A DNA stretch of 33,771 nucleotides, from positions 52,408 through 86,178 of the forward strand of contig WELA01002702.1 in assembly GCA_009602735.1 (NCBI GenBank), written 5' to 3'. Shown here in pieces: positions 20,301 through 29,830 of the stretch. The position numbers and the translations under genes are program-made. How positions within the stretch are numbered: the first letter of the stretch is position 1; each line of letters opens with the position of its first letter. The notes below the pieces were generated by a model, which did no database searches, was not told the DNA's origin, and was given only the letters and a program-made list of their open reading frames with translations. This DNA comes from Mesotaenium endlicherianum. Lineage: Eukaryota.

Positions 20301-22794
20301 TGGGGCTGGAGTTTGCAGCGCAGCACGTGCTGCCACTTGTCGCGCCACTGCTGGTGGTGCAGCAGCTGTCGGCCCCCGAGTTTGCCAAGTACCTCAACTT
20401 TGTGTACGCCATCCTCAAGTAAGCCTTCGGCCTTGGGAAGCGCTCCCCTCCCTTCATTTCTCTCTCGGTCATGCCCACCCCCGCCCCTCCTCTCCCTCTC
20501 CCCGCTTGTTCGTTCTCTTGCGTCTGAGTTTTATAGATTACCAATTTTGTGGATGAGTGGAGCTTATCAGCATACCTGCTCAAGTAGTAGCTCATATTTG
20601 GACTTTGGAGGGAGGGAGGGAGGGGGGAGGGGGTTGCGTCGAATGGGAGCGTCGACAGCGTCCGCGCTGTTTCGACGCGGTTTTTTTGTCGNGGAGGGGG
20701 GGGGGGGGTAATGATTAATTGTTCGGGGAGGGGAAGTTAGTCCACTCCAACCTTAAACCCCGACAGCAAACTTTAAGCCACGAAACGGGCTTGTGCGGGG
20801 GTTTAACAGAAAGATTGAGGAGAAGCGGGGCGTGAATCTCGCGGATGCCGACGGGGTCTCGCTGGACCTCAACACGCTCAGCCTTGCTGGCCTCATGGAG
20901 CCGCCGCCAGCTGGCAGAGCGCCTAAGCCCGCCGCTGCCGCGCCCGCCAAGTGAGTCCCGCGATTCCAGCATCCAGTCAGAACCCTCTGCCGTGCGTGCG
21001 TGCATGCGTGCGTGCATGCCTGCATGTGTGCGTGCTTGCTTGTGTAAGAAGGATTGTTTTGGCCCCATCTTTTTACTTCATCCTAACTGTGATTCTACAT
21101 CCTGACTCTGATCCTAACTCTAAACCAATGTCTGGAACATTCTGGTGGGCGTACGTGCCCGCGTGCGTGCGCGCTTGCGCGCTTGTGTAGGACGGACTGG
21201 GTATGCCCCCCCTCCTTAACCCTGACTCTGATGTCTGGTCCTGAGTACAAACTCAACCTTCTTAAGTGAAGTTTTGAAATGCAAACGTCAACCCTACGTT
21301 TCTCCATTAATCTAGTGACTGACTGACCGTGGAAACCCACTCCTGACTATGATTTTGAACTGTAAAATTTTAAACTGCAGCCCTCACTACAAACTCGAAA
21401 CCAAACTCAGCCTTAACCCTAATCCAAGCTCAACCTCACCCTAATCTCTACTTTTGGTGCGCAGGGCTGGGTCCACGTGGGACGACTGGGGCGGGGCAAG
21501 CAAGAAGAGCAGCAGCTCCCTCCCAGACTTGGCCAAGGCGGGCGCTGCGGGGGCGCCACCTGGCAGTGTCTCAGGCCCCCTCGACTTCGGCCTCTCCGCC
21601 CCCTCCCTGCCCTTCTCTTCCTCCTCCTCCCCCTTGGCGGGCCCTGCTGGCACCTCAGTTGACGCAGTTGCCGCAGGCGCAGGCACAGGATATCTCTCCT
21701 ACAGCTCAGACCCTCTCTCCTTCCAGCAAAGCACGTCAGCTGCTGGTGGTGCTCCTGCTGGAGCGGGTGGGGGTGCGGGTGCTGGTGCCGGTGCGGGTGC
21801 TAATTCACCCATGGGTGGGGGAGGATTTGACGGGGGGGGACCAGCGCTGGACTTTCAATGGCCCCCGCCCGGCTCTGGCTCTGGCTCTGGCGCTGGCTCC
21901 TCCTCCTCCGCCGCCTCTCCCTCGATCTCCTTCCCAACCCCTCCCCCTGCTGTGGGAACCAGGACCCCTACGCTTAAACCCCAGGCTGCAGCCCCCCCAA
22001 GCCTGTCCCCGCTCTACGATTTTGAGCCTGCGCCGGCGTACGCGACAGGTGGCAGCTTGGCAATGGCCGGCGGCAGCGGCGGCGGCGGCGGGGGTGGCAG
22101 CAGCTCGCGGACAGGTGGCGGCCACATGGGCTTTCCCTCGCCTGGCTTGCAGGCCAGCGCATATGCGCCACTTGGCGGCCCATCGCTGGCCCCCGACACG
22201 CTCTCCCCCACCGGCAGCGACCCTTTCAAGGATTGGCCGCCTGCAAGCGCAAACCCTAGTAGAATGTTGGATCCCCCGGCCAGCAGCGGCCACCTGTCGT
22301 CTGGCTTGAGCGGGTACAGAGGAAGCATGGTGACAGGTGGTGGTGCCGAAACGTCTCTGGGGATGGGGCAGGCGCCTGGTGGCTTCGGACAGGTGCCAGG
22401 TGGCGGGAGGTATCCGGGTGGTGGTGGGGGTGGGGCTCTAGACCCTGGCGACTGGGGAGGCGTTTCTGGCATGCCACCTGGCACAGGCACGTCGTCGTCC
22501 TCGACGTCAGCTGCTGACCTGGACAGCTTCTTCGCTGGAACCTCAGCTGCTCCGCCAGTTGTCGTCTCAGAGTCGAGAGGGGGCCCGGGCCATATCCGGA
22601 GCAAGGGCGGACCGATGAGAAAGGCTATGGGGGCGCCAGCTGGCGGAAGCGGAGGGCTCGCACCTAGGCTTGCCCCGCCCCCAGGTGCAGGCGGGGGGAA
22701 CGCTTACCCCACTCAAGCAGCACGCCCCAGCCCCCCTCCTCCCAGCGGAAGTCCTACCACTAGCAATAGCACAAGCTCCTTGCTCGACCTATAG
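5423..22794 (+). CDS. SCYL2: SCY1-like protein 2 (SCYL2/CVAK104-type pseudokinase with HEAT repeats; clathrin-coated vesicle trafficking), 17 exons, 3330 nt, 1109 aa
   Basis: join(5423-5491,5822-5881,8014-8159,8517-8730,10760-10864,12034-12150,13034-13231,14264-14390,15133-15194,15841-15927,16071-16157,17057-17170,18436-18627,19457-19618,20300-20418,20810-20950,21465-22794). All introns are GT-AG and phase-consistent. The translation follows plant SCYL2 motifs as I recall them ([69 protein letters not shown]-terminal LLDL). Confidence 0.95.
5822..5881 (+). CDS. SCYL2: SCYL2 exon 2: [20 protein letters not shown]
   Basis: ttgcag| acceptor, |gtctgt donor, phase 0/0. Confidence 0.92.
7400..8013 (+). 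repeat. Degenerate ~80-110 bp tandem copies of the intron 2 3' end plus exon 3 start
   Basis: The unit ctcaccaagccctgtgctc...ccccgttcacac...tcgcagGTGGGCTCnGGC recurs with exon-start copies at about 7456, 7556, 7689, 7775 and 7927. Confidence 0.85.
8014..8159 (+). CDS. SCYL2: SCYL2 exon 3: [13 protein letters not shown]...[20 protein letters not shown]
   Basis: tcgcag| acceptor, |gtgggg donor, phase 0/2. Confidence 0.92.
8517..8730 (+). CDS. SCYL2: SCYL2 exon 4: [35 protein letters not shown]...PKALEDL
   Basis: ctgcag| acceptor, |gtgcgt donor, phase 2/0. Confidence 0.95.
8796..9610 (+). repeat. About 7 degenerate copies of the exon 4 3' end plus donor, separated by GT-rich microsatellite
   Basis: aaagcgctnGAGGACCTG(g)tg variants at about 8800, 8930, 9041, 9170, 9328, 9465 and 9581. 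Confidence 0.9.
10034..10076. repeat. (CA)n microsatellite within a wider CA/CG-rich tract (10020-10290)
   Basis: Read directly. Confidence 0.95.
10760..10864 (+). CDS. SCYL2: SCYL2 exon 5: [35 protein letters not shown]
   Basis: gagcag| acceptor, |gtttgg donor; degenerate catalytic loop HRAISPE. Confidence 0.95.
10965..11545 (+). repeat. Four degenerate copies of the exon 5 3' end plus donor
   Basis: ...ctccacaacaacgccaagctcgtccaccgcgccatctcccccgag|gtttg variants at about 10965, 11197, 11359 and 11516. Confidence 0.85.
12034..12150 (+). CDS. SCYL2: SCYL2 exon 6: [18 protein letters not shown]...FHYP
   Basis: aggcag| acceptor, |gtatga donor; GFG in place of DFG. Confidence 0.92.
13034..13231 (+). 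CDS. SCYL2: SCYL2 exon 7: [21 protein letters not shown]...[10 protein letters not shown]...NNLKT
   Basis: attcag| acceptor, |gtatgc donor; APE and DxFSxG kinase motifs. Confidence 0.95.
14264..14390 (+). CDS. SCYL2: SCYL2 exon 8: [42 protein letters not shown]
   Basis: gcgcag| acceptor, |gttcgc donor, phase 0/1. Confidence 0.9.
14768..14885. repeat. Degenerate heptamer repeat (TCGCCCG/TCGCTCG)n
   Basis: Read directly, in SCYL2 intron 8. Confidence 0.8.
15133..15194 (+). CDS. SCYL2: SCYL2 exon 9: (G)[20 protein letters not shown]
   Basis: gtacag| acceptor, |gtaagt donor, phase 1/0. Confidence 0.93.
15841..15927 (+). CDS. SCYL2: SCYL2 exon 10: [29 protein letters not shown]
   Basis: gcgcag| acceptor, |gtgagc donor. 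Confidence 0.95.
16071..16157 (+). CDS. SCYL2: SCYL2 exon 11: [29 protein letters not shown]
   Basis: tgccag| acceptor, |gtgctc donor. Confidence 0.93.
16243..16300. repeat. (GT)n microsatellite
   Basis: Read directly. Confidence 0.95.
16801..16898. repeat. (CT)n microsatellite (contains one N)
   Basis: Read directly. Confidence 0.95.
17057..17170 (+). CDS. SCYL2: SCYL2 exon 12: [38 protein letters not shown]
   Basis: tgacag| acceptor, |gtccct donor. Confidence 0.92.
18436..18627 (+). CDS. SCYL2: SCYL2 exon 13: [11 protein letters not shown]...[12 protein letters not shown]...[15 protein letters not shown]
   Basis: taacag| acceptor, |gtacga donor; HEAT-repeat region. Confidence 0.93.
19457..19618 (+). 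CDS. SCYL2: SCYL2 exon 14: [18 protein letters not shown]...[22 protein letters not shown]
   Basis: ttgcag| acceptor, |gtgaga donor. Confidence 0.94.
19734..19756. repeat. (TGT)n trinucleotide repeat
   Basis: Read directly. Confidence 0.9.
20267..20289. repeat. (GGC)n repeat occupying the polypyrimidine-tract position of the exon 15 acceptor
   Basis: Read directly. Confidence 0.9.
20300..20418 (+). CDS. SCYL2: SCYL2 exon 15: [39 protein letters not shown](K)
   Basis: cggcag| acceptor, |gtaagc donor, phase 0/2. Confidence 0.92.
20810..20950 (+). CDS. SCYL2: SCYL2 exon 16: [15 protein letters not shown]...PAAAAPA(K)
   Basis: taacag| acceptor, |gtgagt donor, phase 2/2. Confidence 0.9.
21465..22794 (+). 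CDS. SCYL2: SCYL2 exon 17: long G/S/P/A-rich disordered tail (WDDW, DPF, C-terminal LLDL), stop TAG
   Basis: gcgcag| phase-2 acceptor; the 446-codon ORF 21454-22794 is in this frame. Confidence 0.85.
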
Positions 22795-25494
22795 CACCCT
22801 AGTTCCACAGTACCTCAGGTATCTCAAGCGCTCAAAGCCCTGAGGCACAAACCTTCGCATATAGACAGAGCATTAGGATTGTCGGTAGCACAAGCTCGTT
22901 GCTTGACCCTCAGCATTGCTAGCTTACCGTACAGAACACGCTGACCCACGAATGAAAAGGAGGTAGACTTGAAGACTGAGGATGAAAGGAAGAGTGTCGG
23001 CTCGCAGCACATATGTATACACGTAGATGTACATATACTGTGGTGGTGTTCCAGTGTGGTGTAGTCCAGCGTTGGTTTTTTTGTGAGATATAGAAGTGTG
23101 CACCATCTTTAAGCACTGTGAATTGTTATGCTGAAAATATGTGATTATCCACGCTAGTCGTCGGGTTTGCTGGCACTGTATTAGACATTGGTCAGCTTGA
23201 TGACCTGCATTGTTCATTACCTTCCTTTAGTACTGGTTCGCTGAACCTTAAATCCTGCTTGTGTCTTGACTACTCATATTGCTGCTGTATGTTGGAGCTA
23301 GGTGCATCTATCTGTCGTGCCAGAAGTAACCCAGCGAGAATTAAGGACTTCCAGCTATACGACTGAGTTGAAATGGGTGAAGGGTAAGGAGAATGACACA
23401 ATTACGTGATGTGTATGTGATGCTTCAAGTGCATGTGAAGGAGAGGTTAAAAATATGGACTTCTACTTCACGCCCAAATATATCGTGAGTAGGATGTTAA
23501 TGTGTCCTATATCATTGTGCATGCCCACATGTGATACTCTGACTAATGTTCTCGTATAGCAGATGTTCATGCCCATTCAAGAATATTATGTCTGCATACA
23601 AAAGGTGTATATGAGCATGCTTGACGTGCAGCTTGAGTACACATATGTTTGCTGATATCTAATGTATGACGAATTCATTGCACCTGCTTGGCTAAAAGCT
23701 AGATAATATTTTTAAGATGTAGCTGCATCACGATATATCACTCACAAATGCTAATCAAAACCGTCACTAGCTGTGCAAGGCATGTTGTTGACATGTTCGT
23801 ATAATATGGTATTGGATTGACTGTTGCATTGGTGTCGAGTATTTCATGCTATGAGCTTATTAGATAAGCACAGTTGTCACATGAAGAGGAAGCTGTTCAT
23901 CATACTCTCTAAAGTTGTTAATCGATCTTCACAATGATAAATGTTGGTGTACGGAAGGGGACACCATTGTGCTGCATAAGGTGGACTGCACTTTCTTTAT
24001 TTCGAAGAATATAAGAACTGGTTCATTAATTGGCCAATAAACCCTAGCTAGTCATCAAGAACGTAGCATACAGTGGTCATAACTGCACAGGAGAAGAATT
24101 GTCATTGTCGTGATGTAAAAGAATTTTACTTGGGCTACAAATGTGTGCCTCTTGTCGATCACTGCTGGTAGGACGAATTACGTAAATGATAAATGACCTA
24201 AAAGAATCTTAATATGACTTTAAATCTCAAATGGACAACATACTTTCTACTTTGTACGCTAGCGTACCTGTGAAGAAACCTATTAATAGATCCCAGACAG
24301 TCACCGGAATGCTTGCTGACACAAACAGACTACCTAGAAACTAAGGCTACATTTGTATAGTCATATACGTAAAAGGATAGATTATACAGAAGGAACGATA
24401 AGATGCTACTTCTACTCCAAATATGGTGGCTGTTCAATGCACACCACCCATACCAGGAGCACTCAAGAACGTGCATGGACGACATAAAACAATGTATAAG
24501 GACTACACATCCCTGAAACCTGGGAAGTGCCCGACTAGAAGTCCAAGTCACATGGAACCGCTCTAACCTTCAGAATGAGAATTTCTCAACCAGCCGACGT
24601 ACAGTATGAACACCTCGCAAATTTTGCAAGAGGGAATTGATGATTGGAGGCTTGCGCCTGCAAGCTAGGAGGAGGAATGCTCGGGTGCACTCTGCCACAG
24701 GTCCCCCATTAATAACCTGTACTCAACCTTTCATTGTACGGTAGGCTTTGTTCGCCAGCGACGGAGGAGAGAGAGACATGCGTTTGACATATTCGTCCTC
24801 CGCTTCCTGTTAATAATGCACTGCCCCTTGCTCTGCCCGTTGCGCTGCCTGTTGCGCAGTGTGTGTGTCGCTGTGCGTCTGTCTACCAGTGGAGTTCCTT
24901 GTTAGGAAAGTACTGCGATACACAGCAAGGTATCCAAAAGGTAACCACGAGGCCCACAAACAGAAACAACCGGAGACATGCGTGAAGTGAGACGCAGAGC
25001 TGGCGCAAAAAGAGTTACGCAGCCAGGAAAGCCTACACCTGGCAACTACAATCGAGCACCAGCTCACAAAATGGACAGAGGAGGGAGACAAAATATCCAG
25101 ATATCCAAAAAAATCAAAGCTCAAAGCCCAACCCAAAACCAAAAACCCTTAACCCTCAATCCTAGGTGGAAGAGAAAGAATGAAAGCGGATTCCCTGGCA
25201 GACAGCCTTCTTGCACGACACCCTTGTCTCACGGGAATTGAGCGCCTCATGAAGATCTCATACACTAGGCACCAAGAATCCTAGCCACTCAAAGCATATG
25301 CACCTTCAGAGTTCATGTCCATGGGTTGATCCCCCAGACTCGAGAGATTAACAACAGACGTGTTCACGCCCCAGATGGAACAAGCACAGCTGACTTTCTC
25401 GGGATATATACCAACAAACGTCAGGTCCACTCTTCAATCTCCATCACTTAGCTGGCAGCCGTTTAAATGCAACCCACCCCAGCCCCCCCCCCCC

Positions 25495-26428
25495 NNNNNN
25501 NNNNNNNNNNNNNNNNNNNNNNNNNNNNNNNNNNNNNNNNNNNNNNNNNNNNNNNNNNNNNNNNNNNNNNNNNNNNNNNNNNNNNNNNNNNNNNNNNNNN
25601 NNNNNNNNNNNNNNNNNNNNNNNNNNNNNNNNNNNNNNNNNNNNNNNNNNNNNNNNNNNNNNNNNNNNNNNNNNNNNNNNNNNNNNNNNNNNNNNNNNNN
25701 NNNNNNNNNNNNNNNNNNNNNNNNNNNNNNNNNNNNNNNNNNNNNNNNNNNNNNNNNNNNNNNNNNNNNNNNNNNNNNNNNNNNNNNNNNNNNNNNNNNN
25801 NNNNNNNNNNNNNNNNNNNNNNNNNNNNNNNNNNNNNNNNNNNNNNNNNNNNNNNNNNNNNNNNNNNNNNNNNNNNNNNNNNNNNNNNNNNNNNNNNNNN
25901 NNNNNNNNNNNNNNNNNNNNNNNNNNNNNNNNNNNNNNNNNNNNNNNNNNNNNNNNNNNNNNNNNNNNNNNNNNNNNNNNNNNNNNNNNNNNNNNNNNNN
26001 NNNNNNNNNNNNNNNNNNNNNNNNNNNNNNNNNNNNNNNNNNNNNNNNNNNNNNNNNNNNNNNNNNNNNNNNNNNNNNNNNNNNNNNNNNNNNNNNNNNN
26101 NNNNNNNNNNNNNNNNNNNNNNNNNNNNNNNNNNNNNNNNNNNNNNNNNNNNNNNNNNNNNNNNNNNNNNNNNNNNNNNNNNNNNNNNNNNNNNNNNNNN
26201 NNNNNNNNNNNNNNNNNNNNNNNNNNNNNNNNNNNNNNNNNNNNNNNNNNNNNNNNNNNNNNNNNNNNNNNNNNNNNNNNNNNNNNNNNNNNNNNNNNNN
26301 NNNNNNNNNNNNNNNNNNNNNNNNNNNNNNNNNNNNNNNNNNNNNNNNNNNNNNNNNNNNNNNNNNNNNNNNNNNNNNNNNNNNNNNNNNNNNNNNNNNN
26401 NNNNNNNNNNNNNNNNNNNNNNNNNNNN
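25495..26428. other. Assembly gap (934 N), probably containing the last MIOX exons. Other gaps are at 10565-10727, 14595-14607 and 18739-18916, all bordered by C/G runs.
   Basis: N runs. About 60 expected C-terminal MIOX residues (xLH...KYDLYSKS...W) were not found in the readable sequence. Confidence 0.8.
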
Positions 26429-26539
26429 GGGGGTGGGAGTGGGGCGGGGTGGGAGGAAGGACGAGGAAGGAGAAAAGGGCAAAGGGCAAAGGAAGGGGAA
26501 AAGGGGGGGGGGGAGGTGTAGTCTTCTGCTGTGACCTAC

Positions 26540-26616
26540 CGTAGAAAGAATGGTATCGCACCATGTAGAGGCCCTCCATGGGTATGGCGGTGCCGTTTCT
26601 GAGCATCACTTGGTAC
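26540..26616 (-). CDS. MIOX: MIOX exon: [25 protein letters not shown]
   Basis: aagcag| acceptor, |gtaggt donor, phase 2/1. Confidence 0.92.
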
Positions 26617-29600
26617 CTGCTTGCCCCCTCCCGCGCACGCAGACACACGTTGGAAAGGAGACAGAGAGAGGCGAATTCTTTAGCGAGTACAAGACACAGG
26701 AAGAACAAGTTTGCTTTCTGTTTGCTTCTGGGTAGTTTCAGAATACCATCGCATTTGGGCCCATGTCACACGCGCTGGCTGTCACACGCTCCGCAACAAC
26801 CGCAACTGTTGAAGGGGTAGCGAAGAGCTAATCCAGAATAAAAAAGGTACAGTGCCACTTTATTTGAAGTCAGTGTCCAACTACTTCGTGCCCAAAGTGA
26901 CGCTGGGGCACCCGTGCAGCTTTCAAGAAAATACATCTTATATATATATATTTATATATATGTATCTTAATACATGTATATATAAACTTACAGGTGTGTG
27001 TGTGTGTGTGTGTGTGTGCGCGTGTGGGTGTGTGTGCACACGCGTGCATAATGTAGACATACGGCTAAAGCGCGATGGGGGGCATAGCACGCGTACATGT
27101 ACTCATCGTGGCCCCAGGACATGTGCACGCTGTCGAGGCCGCACCCGCGCGCGTACACTCCCTCCTCCGACTGGAAGCGCGCGTTATTGCTGTCAGGGTT
27201 CTCTCTGAAAAACTGCAGTGCCCTCCCCCCCTCCCCCACCCAAAATAGCCCCCACGTCCCACGCCCCAGCACACATGCACACATACGCACAAACGAAGGC
27301 GTGTTGAAGAGAGGATAATCTATGTAGGACTTTCCAGAAGTCCTTTGGAAATTCATCCAGAGGACATGCAGCCATGCTAGCCATGCTAGTCTCCCGTGTG
27401 TGGGTACATGTGTGACAACTCCCTACTAGGGCAACGTCATAGTGCCAAGTGGCACCCCACTCACCTCATGATGTACGATTGCGGGGTCGAATCTGCAGCC
27501 CACGGGAAAGGCATCGCCTGCATGTGCAATTAACCAAGAAGCCATTCGAGCCGGAAGCAGATGTCAGCGCACTGGCAGGCGGCAGGCGGCAGGCGACAGG
27601 CAGGCCATGCAGCCACACTGGGTAGCGCAATTTCGTCTCGAGTCTTGGGTCAGATGGCAACAACAAAACAAGAGAACAAGCACCCAAGCCTCTACATCTT
27701 CAACTCCAGCTCTTTTCAGTACTCTTCATACATAGCAGACGGGAAATGGCAAGCTTGTGGGAGAAAGAGCATCAAACAGTGTGTGCACCAAAGTTTGTGT
27801 GTACTGTGCATGCTTGTGTGAGCAAGTGTAGAAACGCAGGAAGATCTTCAGCAACGCAAATGCAAACACTAAAGTATATCCTAGCAGAGTGCGGAGGCAG
27901 GGCTGATGTGCTTGCGCGCGCAAGGCTGACTCACCAACAACGGCCCACTGGGGTTCTGCGCCAAACTTAGGGTGCAGCAACACCTTCCCCAAATCTGCAG
28001 GATCCAACCCAAGATCCAATAGGTCAAGTTAATACCAGATAATATCCAGCAGGACCTTCCCCAGGTCTTCAAAGTGCACCCTAGAGACGACACGTTGGGT
28101 TGCAGCAGTGCCTTGCCCAGATCTACAGAGTGAACCCAAGGAGAGCTCTGAGTCTCTCCATGGCATTGCAGATGTCGGACCCTAATCATTCTAGTGAGAG
28201 ACAGCAACTCACAACAGCTCCAGTAGCCATGCGAGCCAACAGGCTGCAAGTGTGCCACCTTGAAGCAATGTGATCTTGTGCAAATGATATTGCCAGTGAG
28301 GCTGTGAAAATAATACAAGAGGTGCAACATTCGTGTCAATGACAAATTACCGTGTATCCAACCTGAACATGTGTATACATTATTCTATCTACTAAATACA
28401 GCCTATTCTACTTGATAGGACATGCGGGTGCCACTATTAGCTTTTGTAGATTCTGCATGGAGGCCCCCTGCATACATGCACGAGGAGAAAATACTAACCA
28501 TGGATGAAGCCAATTAGGTGGAACCAGTCTTCGTCAGGATGGTCCTTGCGGATTGCCTCCGCTGTTTGTAGCAGATGCTCAATTTGAGGCTCATCAATGT
28601 CGGGGTCGCTCTCGTCGACATACTCGTTGAGAATGAGAGCTGCGTCCCAGATGGTCATCACGGCCTTGTTGAGCTTCAGATGCTTCTCCTTCATCTTCAA
28701 GACCTGTTGCACAAAGTCAGAAGAGATGGGAGAGGAGATGCGCGGAGAGAAGAGGAGAGGAGAGGAAGGAGAAGAGGAAAAGGAAGAAAATTATGAGGAA
28801 GAAAGACTAATTTGACCAGCCAGGTTGCAAGTTACTGACAGAATGACCACAATACCAATAGATGTTAAAGAGGGTCAAAAACAACTGACTCTAGATGTCA
28901 AAAACAACTCACGTAATGTTGGCTCATGAGCAGTTTTATCTACTCAATAAACTGGCCCCCAATTTGCAATTTATGACTAGGAGTCTTAGGCTTTAATGCC
29001 TCCGGTCAAACCCCGACACCCTCTCCATCTTCTCACCAAAGGACCCCTTTACCACCTGCTACTTACTAGCAGCTACTAAAAAGGATAAAGGATACAGGGC
29101 AAGAGTACCAGCATTATCCCCCTGCTAAATTTCTCGTGCATTTCTGTCTTCAACTTACAAAGTCAAAGGTCTGGTTGACGTGGTTTATCCTGTAGAACTC
29201 ACGCACAGTTGCTTGCCTCAAGCTTTCCTCATTATAAAGCCTGCAGATCAAATACCCAGATAAAGAACCCAGGAGCAGATGCACTTAGATTCCAAGTCAG
29301 CTTCAATACACCTACTTCCAACTACAATGTAGTAATACTCTCACGTGAGAGTTCATGTGCAGATGCTCGGGTTTCTCAACTCTTGCCAGGTGGCACATGT
29401 TCATGCTGGATCACTAACATGAAGATTCTGTGAAAAAGGTATTACACTGACAAGCATGCCTTTGACAGGCGTACAACCAAGCTTTCAAGGAAGATACCCC
29501 TTCATAATGAGGACATGGAGCTCAGGAAGCTGTATCACAGCTAGTCAAGGAAGCAGAACATGGCAGAGTCGAACTGTATGGAAATCCTGCAAGGATGTAC

Positions 29601-29830
29601 CTGAAAGATTGGCCAAAAGAATTTGTGTCTGGCATTACAAAACCATTCCCAAAAGCAGCGAGAAGCTTCTTCGCCAAATCAACAACAGCCTCATCCTGCT
29701 TGTATGCATTCTCGAGTTGTAAGAGGCTCTCATCCTGTCGGGCCTCCTGGCCACAAGAAATTGGAGACGCGAGAGGTGTGTCTCCAGTCACTAATCTGTG
29801 GGTCATGATTGCCAACTGCCCAGGCGCCAT
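26540..29830 (-). CDS. MIOX: Myo-inositol oxygenase (di-iron HD-domain enzyme), 3'-incomplete
   Basis: complement(join 29830-29601, 29240-29159, 28703-28499, 27994-27935, 27517-27465, 27212-27097, 26616-26540). All introns are GT-AG and phase-consistent. Hallmark motifs: [78 protein letters not shown]. The start codon (29830) is inferred. Confidence 0.93.
27097..27212 (-). CDS. MIOX: MIOX exon: [38 protein letters not shown](M)
   Basis: ctgcag| acceptor, AT|gtacgc donor, phase 0/2. Confidence 0.93.
27465..27517 (-). CDS. MIOX: MIOX exon: (G)[17 protein letters not shown]
   Basis: atgcag| acceptor, |gtgagt donor, phase 1/0. Confidence 0.94.
27935..27994 (-). CDS. MIOX: MIOX exon: (D)[19 protein letters not shown](G)
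   Basis: ctgcag| acceptor, |gtgagt donor, phase 1/1. Confidence 0.95.
28499..28703 (-). CDS. MIOX: MIOX exon: VLKMKEKH...[39 protein letters not shown]
   Basis: caacag| acceptor, |gttagt donor, phase 0/1. Confidence 0.96.
29159..29240 (-). CDS. MIOX: MIOX exon: [27 protein letters not shown]
   Basis: ctgcag| acceptor, |gtaagt donor, phase 2/0. Confidence 0.93.
29601..29830 (-). CDS. MIOX: MIOX first traced coding exon: MAPGQ...[14 protein letters not shown](R)
   Basis: Donor AG|gtacat, phase 2; ATG in agcATGG context. The 5' boundary is uncertain (alternative acceptor at 29746). Confidence 0.75.

Noticed and set aside
21566..22604. Alternative-frame and antisense ORFs over SCYL2 exon 17
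   Set aside because: Expected by-products of a GC-rich low-complexity coding exon.
24725..24810. Exon-like minus-strand segment taacag|GAAGCGGAGGAC...TGA
   Set aside because: The peptide is unrelated to MIOX and has no supported partner donor; at most a 3'UTR exon.
25330..25440. Minus-strand IYPEKVSC as the MIOX C-terminus
   Set aside because: Only faintly like the YFPxKLxW terminus, with no Trp-stop and no clear acceptor; the true end is more likely in the gap.
25360..26708. 340-420 aa ORFs spanning the large gap
   Set aside because: They are open only because of the 934 N; only 26616-26540 is supported as coding.
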